DNA from: Escherichia coli
Lineage (GTDB): Bacteria > Pseudomonadota > Gammaproteobacteria > Enterobacterales > Enterobacteriaceae
DNA: 64,000 nt
Reading direction: 5' to 3' (one strand)
NCBI RefSeq assembly: GCF_003018235.1
Contig: NZ_CP027437.1
A program made the position numbers and the translations under genes. The notes beneath the pieces are model-generated. The model made no database searches and was not told where the DNA came from. It worked only from the letters and a program-made list of their open reading frames with translations. This document shows positions 12,074 to 20,490 of this stretch, one piece after another. The first letter of the stretch is position 1; each line of letters begins with the position of its first letter.

Positions 12074-12896
12074 TGAAGCTGTATCCAGGGAACTTGCGCG
12101 TTTCAGGGCGTGCTACAGCACTCTTCTTCGCGTTGACCTTCAGCTTCAGTTTATGGCTCAGCCAGTGCGTCAACCCCGCCATGATCCGGTTGCCTGCCCG
12201 TTCGCTTTTCACGTAGACATTACAGTCGTCTGCATACCGCACGAACTTCAGACCACGTTTCTCCAGTTCCTTGTCAAGGTCGTCAAGCAGCAGGTTCGAT
12301 AGCAGCGGCGACAGTGGGCCGCCCTGCGGCGTTCCTTCTGTCACCGGCCTTACCAGACCTGCGTCCATCACCCCTGCATTCAGGAACCTGCGGATAAGTG
12401 ACAACACCCGTTTATCCGATACTCGTTTCTCTATCCGGCTCATCAGCACATCGTGATTTACCCGGTCGAAGAACTTCTCCAGATTGAGGTCGACCACCCA
12501 GTGATACCCGGCCCCGATATGTTCCCGGGCCTGTATCACTGCCTGGTGGGCCGAACGACCGGGACGGAACCCGTAGCTGTTGTCGCTGAACGAGCTATCC
12601 CACTGTGCCTGCAATACCTGCATCATCGCCTGCTGGATGAAGCGATCCACCACCGTCGGGATGCCCAGCAGACGTTCGCCGCCGCCGGGCTTCGGTATGG
12701 ACACTCTTCTCACAGGAGATGGGCGGTATCTGCCGGACAGCAGTTGCGCTTTCAGCTCTGGCCAGTGGTGCCTCAGGTAGTCCGGCAGTTCGCTTACGCG
12801 CATACCATCGACTCCCGCTGCACCTTTGTTGGCTTTAACTCTTTTCAGGGCTTGCCTGAGATTGACTGGTTCACAAATGGCTTCCATCAGCCACAC
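12069..12896 (-). pseudogene. Group II intron reverse transcriptase, N-terminal (RT domains 0-7) part
   Basis: RT motifs are present: GAAGVDG, RRVSIPKPGGGERLLGIPTVVDRFIQQA, GFRPGRSAHQA, FVRYADDCNVY. Removing IS100 and one CCTTA copy joins ...[24 protein letters not shown] in frame, for about 410 aa in total. Confidence 0.85.
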
Positions 12897-13431
12897 TGTT
12901 GACGACGGACTTTATCTGTTCGTCGGTGCCTGCACGGTTTCAGCCCCCGGAAGGGCTGCGTTCGGGGCTTCACCCCGTTCCCCGGCCTCAGGGTCGCGAT
13001 GCGTTTTCTGCTGCATGACCGTTCAGAACCTCCGTTGATACTCGTCACTCATTACCGTTCGGGCCTTCGGGTGTCATGCCCTACTATGCCCTCTGCTGAC
13101 TCCTGTCCGCCGGTCAGCGCCCCTTACGGTACGCTCAGTTCTGGATACAGAACGACGGACAGGCCTCCCGGGGTAAGTTCAGCTGCCTTCACCACACACC
13201 TGTCCGATTTACCACCCCGGTTCTTGATGGTTATGGCCTTCGCAATTCTTTGCTTGCTCCGCCAACCGGGTAGGCCTCGTATCGGATTTCTGTTCGTCAG
13301 GTCATGGATTTGCTTCACGCTTCCTTCAGACCCCGCTTCACGACGACGCCCTTGCGCTTCGCTAGTCCTTCGCTACCATCAGGCTGGACAGGGGACTTTC
13401 ACCCCCGAGCTGCTGAACATGCCCGGCACAC

Positions 13432-13457
13432 AAAGAAAGCCCCTCCGGAGAGGGGCT
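13432..13457 (-). terminator. Rho-independent terminator forming the 5' exon of the group II intron
   Basis: Minus strand: AGCCCCTC-TCCG-GAGGGGCT followed by TTCTTT. The intron starts at the next base. Confidence 0.7.
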
Positions 13458-13484
13458 GGTATGCGCAATGTTCCATCATCTGCA

Positions 13485-13506
13485 TGGTGCCGGGTGCCTC
13501 CCGGTG
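13485..13506 (-). repeat. 22-nt GC-rich hairpin motif, late-operon copy
   Basis: The minus strand reads CACCGGGAGGCACCCGGCACCA, identical to plus strand 23989-24010. It contains CCGGG-AGGCA-CCCGG. Confidence 0.9.
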
Positions 13507-13785
13507 AGTCCGGCATCAGCATCCGAACCCGCAATATTGCCCAAATAAAGCTAAAGGATGATTGTGACCTGCTGATTTGCCCCTCCGCACAGGGGGATTC
13601 ACCATGCAGACATTTTCTTAGCAAAATCACTGCGTGCCAGGCAACTCCCAACTACATAAAATGTGGAGTTTGTGGCATTTATGCACATAACTCACAGGAA
13701 TTATCTTAAAAAAGCTGACAGGGCTTCCCCGGCAACGTAATACCATCATTCCCTGAAATGACATCCCCGTATTATCGACAGGCTC

Positions 13786-13816
13786 AAAAAGGAGCCAGTC
13801 ATCTGAGGATGACTGG
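13786..13816 (-). terminator. Rho-independent terminator candidate
   Basis: Minus strand: CCAGTCATC-CTCA-GATGACTGG (perfect 9 bp) followed by CTCCTTTTT. Confidence 0.5.
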
Positions 13817-14261
13817 AAAAAGGAAAGATAAAAAATTATTCATCATACAACCTTCGTTGCAAGGGAGAATCCTGCGGTGCAGCAACATACAAAAACATAA
13901 GCCAACTAACAATATGCAGGCATAGCATTTTCGGATTTTGTTATATGGCACGGCAACTGAATGCTCACCTGATATACAGTCCGGTATAAAATTGCAAAAA
14001 AAAACGCCAGTTAAGGCGGCATTTAAACAGATAACAGGATTTTTTCGTAATTTCAACAACGTCGGGGTGGCGCATCGTCAGTCCCTGTCAGGAAGTACCA
14101 GCACTCCCACCAACAATGCACCACCCCATTCAGCGTTGTAAAACACGGCACAGGAACTATCAATGTTTTCTGTTACAGTTCGGGAAAAACGATAAACACG
14201 CCACGGGCTCTTTTTGCTGTGAATTAAAAACGGTCCTGAAAGCCGGCTCATCATTTTTTAC

Positions 14262-14338
14262 TGGACCGTCACCGGGGACTCGAACCCCGCACTCTCAACA
14301 TAAAAGGTTGATGCTCTTTCCTGATGAGCTAGTGACGG
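14262..14338 (-). tRNA. Phage tRNA, anticodon UUU (Lys-type by anticodon)
   Basis: A hand-folded 77-nt cloverleaf. Acceptor stem CCGTCAC/GTGACGG. D stem GCTC/GAGC. Anticodon stem TCAAC/GTTGA with loop CTTTTAT. T arm CGGGG-TTCGAGT-CCCCG. Encoded CCA. The C1-G72 pair is unusual. Confidence 0.6.
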
Positions 14339-14340
14339 CA

Positions 14341-14416
14341 TGGTGGCCCTTGCTGGATTTGAACCAGCGACCTGGCGGTTATGAGCCGCTCGCTCTCACC
14401 ACTGAGCTAAAGGGCC
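14341..14416 (-). tRNA. Phage tRNA, anticodon CAU, ileX/ileZ-like (Ile2 type)
   Basis: GGCCCTTTAGCTCAGTGGT...CTCATAA...GGTTCAAATCCAGCAAGGGCCACCA. The acceptor and T arms resemble E. coli ileX as remembered. 76 nt with encoded CCA. Confidence 0.75.
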
Positions 14417-14534
14417 GCGCGCAGAATAATAACGTTACGGAATTAATACTGCAATATCTTCAGAAGGCCTGATTAAATGCTGTTCTTCACTTGTCCACCA
14501 GTGTGTTTACTGTACTGCACCAAGTTTACAGGTA

Positions 14535-14558
14535 CAAAAAACCCGCTCAGCGGCGGGT
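14535..14558 (-). terminator. tR'-type terminator downstream of the late promoter
   Basis: Minus strand: ACCCGC-CGCTGA-GCGGGT followed by TTTTTT, roughly 40-60 nt downstream of the predicted pR' start. Confidence 0.7.
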
Positions 14559-14605
14559 TCTTAAATCTTATCAACGGTAGACATACAAAGCCCATCGTTG
14601 GGAAA

Positions 14606-14634
14606 ATCTTATCCATATTTTTTGAAAAATGCAA
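14606..14634 (-). promoter_or_regulatory. Late promoter pR' candidate (Q-utilisation region)
   Basis: Minus strand: TTGCAT, a 17-nt spacer, then TAAGAT. It lies between the Q stop codon and the tR' hairpin. Confidence 0.6.
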
Positions 14635-14665
14635 GCATAATGTCGTCATCTTCGGCGAAAACCAT

Positions 14666-15418
14666 TTATCTTGTCACCTTTCTCAATTGTATCTCTGCAT
14701 ATGCTTCTTCCTGCCAGCACTTTGTAACCAGTTTATCAATGACATCTGCATATCCTTTGTACCACTGATAATCCGTCAGGTCTGGTACCAGATTCTGGAC
14801 ATGATGCCGCGCCAGTGTGGTTGGTAAACGGCTAAACCGGTTTCCATTGCAACGCCCACAAATCTTATAAACCGGCGTGCCATGAAGCCGGGTTCTTTTT
14901 TCATCCAGGACAATACCTTTACCCTTACACCCTCTGCACGCTGTGCTGACTTCTCCCTTACCATGGCAATGCTGACATAGTTTCTTCACCCACTCTTCCT
15001 TGATAACAGATTCCCCGCTTCTGGAGTGTTTCACCACTTCGCGCAATACATTATGAAATCCAGTACCAGCACAATGCTCACAGCGAGCCTTACTTGCCGC
15101 AGACCTGGAATAATCAGCAAAGGCAAAATTCACAAGGTAAGGGATAATCTGTAACCGGGTTTCTTCACTCAATTTATTCAATGTCGGGTTATCCAGTGCC
15201 ATCGCGTAATTGAGCAGACCTTCAATCGCAAACTGAGGATCCTGAACGCCAACTTTTGCCAGGAATAAGGCAAAACCAAGCGGTGCTTTCGACTGCACCA
15301 TCCCCTGCGCAGCCATTACATCCGTAATTGTTAAACCACCAGAGCCTGTCGCCGGTGCGTCATCGCTCAATTTTGGAGATTTTGGGGAGTAATATTTCGG
15401 TAAGGCTTCAAGGTTCAT
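14666..15418 (-). CDS. Late antiterminator Q
   Basis: 250 aa with Cys-cluster zinc motifs (CEHCAGTG, CQHCHGKG, CRGCKGKG, CGRCNG). It lies immediately upstream of pR'/tR'. The sequence resembles Q of EHEC lambdoid prophages as remembered. Confidence 0.85.
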   Translation of the reverse strand: MNLEALPKYYSPKSPKLSDDAPATGSGGLTITDVMAAQGMVQSKAPLGFALFLAKVGVQDPQFAIEGLLNYAMALDNPTLNKLSEETRLQIIPYLVNFAFADYSRSAASKARCEHCAGTGFHNVLREVVKHSRSGESVIKEEWVKKLCQHCHGKGEVSTACRGCKGKGIVLDEKRTRLHGTPVYKICGRCNGNRFSRLPTTLARHHVQNLVPDLTDYQWYKGYADVIDKLVTKCWQEEAYAEIQLRKVTR

Positions 15419-15431
15419 GCTCGTTCTCCAC

Positions 15432-16427
15432 TTACGCCAGTACGCCTATTGCCAGCGCACGATCGATAAAACGAAATATCAGCTCCAGCTGGGAGCCATA
15501 CTTCTCTTCAAATGCCACGGTATCCGCATGCAGCTCGTCGTGATGCTTTCTGCACAAAGGCAACACAAAGAGGTCATGCGCTTTTGTTCCCATTCCACCC
15601 TGACCGTGACCTATCAGGTGGTGGGGATCATCAGCAGGCTTTCCACAACATGCACACGGCTGTGTCTTAACCCAGCGCGTGTACTTTTCATTAACCCAGC
15701 GGCGACGTTTTGGGCGTAACATAAAAGACTCCGGCGACTCCGGATCCACTTTCAGCGCCAGCACCTTTTTCGCCTTATCCTGGATGATGCTGGTGGCAGG
15801 AACCGAAGGCACAAGGTCACTTTCCCGGGTGACAGACTGCACAACAGGCTTCGGTAATCTCAGTGCCTTACGGGCTGCACTTTCCGGTAAGGCATCCGCC
15901 AGGTCATTACGAATCAGCCACCAGCACAGTTCCGGCATTGTCACAACGTGACTGTCATCAAAACCGAGATCTCGACGCACAACAGACAACACCCAGCGGG
16001 CACAGTTATCCGTTGCCATTGATTCCAGCCGTTCCGTGAACTGATCGCGCAGCTGGTTATCGCAGTGCCAGCACAGACGGATTGCGCCCGGAGCGTGTCG
16101 CATTGTTATCATGTTTTCGCTGTGCCAGTCGGAATGAGACCACTGGCAGCCTTTTTCACGAAGTAACCAGCTTTCAAGACATTCCACGCCACCAGCACGA
16201 CGGATCACTGCCTCATTGCGGAACACGGCCCGAACGGCAGGATCATCCGCCAGCGGTTGTGATGCCGCCGGAACGGCACCACTGGCGAAAGATGAATAAC
16301 GTTCCGGCTCAGGCTCCAGCAGGACACGCCCCTGCATAAACAAGGGCATCAGCTCTGAACCTGGTCTGAACAATACGATCCCCATACGCGGGGCAATTTC
16401 AGGGGTCAGTAGTGCTCTCACGGTCAC
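15432..16427 (-). CDS. DUF968-family nin-region protein with a C-terminal HNH-like motif
   Basis: C-terminus CACCGKPADDPHHLIGHGQGGMGTKAHDLFVLPLCRKHHDELH. It sits just upstream of Q, as in many lambdoid prophages. Confidence 0.6.
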   Translation of the reverse strand: MTVRALLTPEIAPRMGIVLFRPGSELMPLFMQGRVLLEPEPERYSSFASGAVPAASQPLADDPAVRAVFRNEAVIRRAGGVECLESWLLREKGCQWSHSDWHSENMITMRHAPGAIRLCWHCDNQLRDQFTERLESMATDNCARWVLSVVRRDLGFDDSHVVTMPELCWWLIRNDLADALPESAARKALRLPKPVVQSVTRESDLVPSVPATSIIQDKAKKVLALKVDPESPESFMLRPKRRRWVNEKYTRWVKTQPCACCGKPADDPHHLIGHGQGGMGTKAHDLFVLPLCRKHHDELHADTVAFEEKYGSQLELIFRFIDRALAIGVLA

Positions 16428-16428
16428 C

Positions 16429-17244
16429 TCAATGAACGGTATCGAGCAGCTTTAACAGCTCAGGGAATCGGGATTCGAAGAAATGCGGCTGCGTCTCGCG
16501 CGGATTTGCAGGACTGGTGATGTTCTTGCCGAACATGCAGCCTTTCGCCGTCAGCGACCAGAATTTTTTGATGTTGTTAATCGCGGTACGGCTGTATCGT
16601 TCGCGTTGTTCAACGATCCCCAGCTTCGCCATCTGGTGATATGCCTGATTAGCCGTCAGGCGGATACCATACTGCTTCAGCAGTGCACTCAGCGACAGCG
16701 TAGGGCGGCTTGAACCATCTGGCGCATCAGCAGGTGCATCAATGGCATAGATCGGCATAAGTTCAGGAAGACCAGCTACCTTTGATAATTTCTGGTATGC
16801 ACCAAGTTTCGAGGAGTTTGACAGATTTAGAGTCTTTGCTGCTGATTCAAGCAGAATGACCCCGGATTTAATTTTGTCGGATGTGGTTTCTTCTGGTGAT
16901 GAATTATGAAGCGCATCAAAAGTACGTATCACTTTTAAGCTGAATGCCGGGCTGATCCACATTGCATATGCATAGACCAGCTCTTTACAGACATACGTCC
17001 CACCATTGCGCCCCTGAATGGTGATGACAGGAATACTACGGGAATCTCCCGTAGTTTCTTCTTCCAGTAATTCCACAAGAGCCTTCGTTTCAGGACGACG
17101 CATAAACTCGTGAACTTCCAGCGAACGGGAGGAGCGATTCTCACCAGCGGCAAGAAGAGCAGCTTTCTGAAGGTCGTTAAGACAGTAGTTAGATTCGAAG
17201 TACTGGCGCACAGAAACGCCATCAATTACAAGCAACTGATTCAT
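16429..17244 (-). CDS. KilA-N domain protein (antirepressor-like)
   Basis: IDGVSVRQYFESNYCLNDLQKAA...GGTYVCKELVYAYAMWISPAFSLKVI is the KilA-N pattern. ATG at 17244 with GGAGA upstream. Confidence 0.65.
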   Translation of the reverse strand: MNQLLVIDGVSVRQYFESNYCLNDLQKAALLAAGENRSSRSLEVHEFMRRPETKALVELLEEETTGDSRSIPVITIQGRNGGTYVCKELVYAYAMWISPAFSLKVIRTFDALHNSSPEETTSDKIKSGVILLESAAKTLNLSNSSKLGAYQKLSKVAGLPELMPIYAIDAPADAPDGSSRPTLSLSALLKQYGIRLTANQAYHQMAKLGIVEQRERYSRTAINNIKKFWSLTAKGCMFGKNITSPANPRETQPHFFESRFPELLKLLDTVH

Positions 17245-17406
17245 TGGTTTCTCCACAAATTTTTATCCACGAGCGGGACTGCACTCCCTTTTCGTTGATG
17301 CAGGATGAACTTACTGCGATTTTTAATAGTTATCAAGGGTACACTGTTCATAAACACAGTATCTTTAACGAGGTAATACCCCAATTTAGGGTGTTGCTCA
17401 ATTCCG

Positions 17407-17802
17407 TTACCGAGTTGCTAATTTGCAACTCGCTTTTTCGTACTTACTGATAGTGATCTCGACCTTCCCTTCCGGGATAACCGGTCCCCACTCCACCAGC
17501 ATTCTTTTCACCTGACTGTCGTCTTCCCACACACCCGCGTGGGTCAGGGCGTCAAACAGCGCCTTGTTATAGTTGTCCAGATCGCGGATCCGGTTATCCG
17601 GAGGAAACAACACGATCTCTACTGAAGCAGGTGCCGACGTTGGTTTCGGAATACGACGTAACTGCTCAACTATTGCTGCGCACGCCGCGCTCTGGAATTT
17701 GCGCCCCGCCGCGCTTATCAGGCTTTTACCAGCAAACGCCCCTTTGTTAGGGTGTCGCCAGTACGTATTCACGCTGGGCGGGAAAGGCAAGATCAGCTTC
17801 AT
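17407..17802 (-). CDS. rusA: RusA Holliday-junction resolvase
   Basis: MKLILPFPPSVNTYWRH...DLDNYNKALFDALTHAGVWEDDSQV is the RusA signature. Confidence 0.85.
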   Translation of the reverse strand: MKLILPFPPSVNTYWRHPNKGAFAGKSLISAAGRKFQSAACAAIVEQLRRIPKPTSAPASVEIVLFPPDNRIRDLDNYNKALFDALTHAGVWEDDSQVKRMLVEWGPVIPEGKVEITISKYEKASCKLATR

Positions 17803-18125
17803 ACTTTCAGGCCCCTCTCATGTAACCAGTGGGCTGCACGCAGCCTGGCGTTTTCCTCACCGGCAAGCAGTGAGCGGATAATCCCGACCGCCTCGCTGTC
17901 GTCGTCCTTCACCGCAGTATGAAGCGTGATACCCCGGGCCACGCCACGCTTTATCGTGATGACGCCTTTTTTCTCCAGCGCGCGAAGATGCTCCACCACT
18001 GCATTCACCGAACGGTATCCCAGCATGGTTGCCACCTCCTGATTGGTTGGCGGGAAGCCACGTTCTTTCTGATAAGAAATCAGCATATCCAGCACCTGCT
18101 GCTGGCATTGAGTTAACGTCGTCAT
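17799..18125 (-). CDS. LexA-type winged-helix DNA-binding domain protein, no peptidase domain
   Basis: LTQCQQQVLDMLISYQKERGFPPTNQEVATMLGYRSVNAVVEHLRALEKKGVI matches the LexA N-terminal domain. The protein ends after about 108 aa. Confidence 0.7.
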   Translation of the reverse strand: MTTLTQCQQQVLDMLISYQKERGFPPTNQEVATMLGYRSVNAVVEHLRALEKKGVITIKRGVARGITLHTAVKDDDSEAVGIIRSLLAGEENARLRAAHWLHERGLKV

Positions 18126-18613
18126 TAAGCCCCCACGTAATTCCCTGACAGATACCACTCTTCACCCGATGCAGCGCTCTTACTGCTTTTCCGTAAGCAC
18201 CGCTCACGACGCGCCAGAAAATTGTTTCGTTCTGACTGGGAGTGGCTTTCACGGAATGCCGCCATCCACACGGTTGCAGCACGACGGTATAAGCCCCTCG
18301 ACTCCAGTTCTTCAGCCTGGCGGGTCAGGCACAAAATCACCCGGGGGTCGTTAGTGCCGACATAGCAATTACGCACAGGTCTGGTTTCACAAACTGGTTC
18401 CGGCTCCTGCGCTCTCTCAGTCAGGCGCGGGAAATGTCTGCGTGTATATCCTTCGCAACGGTGATCCACACGCCCACTCTGACGTAACTTGCTTGCTGAC
18501 TGCAGAACGCGCTGCCGTGAGTAACCTGCAAAAGCATCCGCAATGTCTCCGGAAGTACACCCCGGATGGGCTTCAATGAATTTCTGAACGTCATTTAACA
18601 GACTCATGATCAC
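18125..18613 (-). CDS. YfdN-like protein with a PerC-like C-terminal region
   Basis: Near-identical, as remembered, to K-12 CPS-53 YfdN (MIMSLLNDVQKFIEAHPGCTSGDIADAF...). The C-terminal AEELESRGLYRRAATVWMAAF...RRERC resembles PerC/Pch regulators. Confidence 0.65.
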   Translation of the reverse strand: MIMSLLNDVQKFIEAHPGCTSGDIADAFAGYSRQRVLQSASKLRQSGRVDHRCEGYTRRHFPRLTERAQEPEPVCETRPVRNCYVGTNDPRVILCLTRQAEELESRGLYRRAATVWMAAFRESHSQSERNNFLARRERCLRKSSKSAASGEEWYLSGNYVGA

Positions 18614-19428
18614 CCCCTGAATCCTGCCGGGATCTGGCTGTAATCCACGTTGTCGTAACTGGATTTGAAGTACGGGTCCTCACGTCTGGCTGCAGATACC
18701 GCAGGAACTTCCCAGGATTCTTCGAAATGACGATCCGGACCAAAGAACGTGACAGCCTGTTTCACAAATTGTGTGCCGCTGTTACCCATCGCAGATACCC
18801 AGCCCGCATAGCGTTTCACACCTTCCAGCATGGTTTCGGGGTTTACCCCCTCATTCAAACGGGCTTTCCAGGCTTTGAAGGCTGCAGATTTTGAATTGCC
18901 ACCAGCACGTTTGGGATATGCCAGCCATGCCTGCTCAAACTCCGGAGAGTATTCCGGTCGGTTTGAACGAACTCGCACGGACTCATCAACTGATGCACCA
19001 ACAGCTATTGGTTCATTGACTGATTCTTTGACTGGTTCAAAAGAGTGACTGGTTCTGGGTGAATCTCCTGCACTACCCCCTGGTGCAACTCCTGCACTAC
19101 CTGGTGAATTTGCTGCACCAGATAATGAATTATTTGCACTACCCCCTAGTGAATCTCCTGCACCATCCAGATGAAGGAGATAGATATTACTTGAGTTACC
19201 TTTTTCACCTTTCCGGGTGACTTTTTTTACCAGCCCGGACTCACAAAGGGCCGCAATATGATTCATCACAGAACGTTTGCTAATCTCGCACTGGTCAGCA
19301 ATATGCTGGTAGCTGGGCCAGCACTCACCCTGATCGCTGGCATTATCAGCCAGCTTGATCAGAACCAGTTTTCGCAATGGATTACCCACTCGAATTTTCA
19401 TCGCTTTAACCATCAGCTCCATACTCAT
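18610..19428 (-). CDS. Replication protein O-like, helix-turn-helix (YfdO-like)
   Basis: N-terminal wHTH region (KLVLIKLADNASDQGECWPSYQHIADQCEISKRSVMNHIAALCESGLV). Start taken at ATG 19428, which overlaps the upstream stop as ATGA. Confidence 0.6.
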   Translation of the reverse strand: MSMELMVKAMKIRVGNPLRKLVLIKLADNASDQGECWPSYQHIADQCEISKRSVMNHIAALCESGLVKKVTRKGEKGNSSNIYLLHLDGAGDSLGGSANNSLSGAANSPGSAGVAPGGSAGDSPRTSHSFEPVKESVNEPIAVGASVDESVRVRSNRPEYSPEFEQAWLAYPKRAGGNSKSAAFKAWKARLNEGVNPETMLEGVKRYAGWVSAMGNSGTQFVKQAVTFFGPDRHFEESWEVPAVSAARREDPYFKSSYDNVDYSQIPAGFRG

Positions 19429-19661
19429 GCTGCACCTCCGAGATGCTTCATGTTTTTTCCGGAGCAAAAGGCTATAAGCGGCATACTGATGCGGTAATTA
19501 CGGCCCAGCGGTTCACAAATCACCTTCTGACATTCACGGTCAACCAGGCTAACACGTAGAACATGCCCTGCAGGCGTGGTGTACCACTGCCCAACTGTAG
19601 GAATTGATGTTTTTTTACGCTGAAGCAAACGGCAAATATTGAGGATCAACGGATTAAGCAT
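19425..19661 (-). CDS. Small hypothetical protein (DUF4222-like pattern)
   Basis: A 78-aa ORF whose start and stop overlap both neighbouring genes. VGQWYTTPAGHVLRVSLVD resembles the DUF4222 pattern. Low certainty. Confidence 0.4.
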   Translation of the reverse strand: MLNPLILNICRLLQRKKTSIPTVGQWYTTPAGHVLRVSLVDRECQKVICEPLGRNYRISMPLIAFCSGKNMKHLGGAA

Positions 19662-20490
19662 GACGATGCCCTCCGTTGATATTCAGGAGACGGTGAATAT
19701 GAAAATTAGCCTTATCCGCCAAACGAATACGTTCAGCCTGCAAGTTAAGAAGTGTTTCTACCAGAACCTGATGCGCCTGCGGATCCGAAAGAGTTACCTT
19801 GCGCAGAGCACGTAGTGCAGTTGTTACATAACTGAGTTTATGTAAGTCTTCATCATTCAGACGAGTGAGGGCTGGGACAGTAGCCATGATGGCAGCCTCC
19901 TTGATCGGTGAAATACTTCCACCACCGGAAACGCCAATTTCGCTGGTGGTGAACTGAACGGGGTTGGCGTAACCGGTGATCAAGGAAACCGGCGCATCTT
20001 TCGATGCCCCCGCCCAGCCCACCATAACTTTGATGTGAGCAAATGCGGACGATAAAAAAGACGCTGGCGCGTCATATATCGCCTTGATCAATTCCAGGAC
20101 GCCAATCCCGGCACCCGCTTTATAAGGTGCCTGAACAGTGTAACGTCCCGGAATGGCAGAATCAATGTGCTGGTGGTCCTTCACACTCAACAAAATCACG
20201 CCTGAATTTCCACAAAGGACTAAAGCACTCATGCGGGTAGTCTTTGCGAAGATAGATAACGCGCTGTGTTTCTGGCTCCCAACGAATAACATGGACATAA
20301 AGCCCTCTTCCGTCACGAAACCAGCGGTTAAGTTCCTGCACAACTCGCCCCCCACAGTCAGGTAAAGTTCTCTGTGGTTACTTACAGCCAGGTGATTTGG
20401 TAATCTGCATTCATGCCGTAACAACAGGTGTTCAGCGACGCTGACCACCAGCTGTTGCGACAAACGGTTATTTGCCGTTAAACTGTTCAT
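19654..20490 (-). CDS. Hypothetical 278-aa protein in the replication module
   Basis: A long ORF with a 4-nt overlap to the cII-like gene upstream and an 8-nt overlap to the next ORF. No family recognised. Confidence 0.55.
   Translation of the reverse strand: MNSLTANNRLSQQLVVSVAEHLLLRHECRLPNHLAVSNHRELYLTVGGELCRNLTAGFVTEEGFMSMLFVGSQKHSALSIFAKTTRMSALVLCGNSGVILLSVKDHQHIDSAIPGRYTVQAPYKAGAGIGVLELIKAIYDAPASFLSSAFAHIKVMVGWAGASKDAPVSLITGYANPVQFTTSEIGVSGGGSISPIKEAAIMATVPALTRLNDEDLHKLSYVTTALRALRKVTLSDPQAHQVLVETLLNLQAERIRLADKANFHIHRLLNINGGHRHA

Noticed and set aside
12999-13709. 236-aa plus-strand ORF and neighbouring ORFs (13124-13318, 13304-13507, 13379-13651)
   Set aside because: They overlap domains I-III of the group II intron RNA and the hairpin/terminator region. 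The translations are Pro/Arg/Ser-rich with no start context.
13460-14260. Searched for Shiga toxin A/B genes or another toxin moron between the tRNAs and nanS-p
   Set aside because: No ORF of suitable size or sequence was found. The only frame (13799-14059, 86 aa) is Cys-rich and hydrophobic, contains a T9 run preceded by a weak hairpin, and has no recognisable family.
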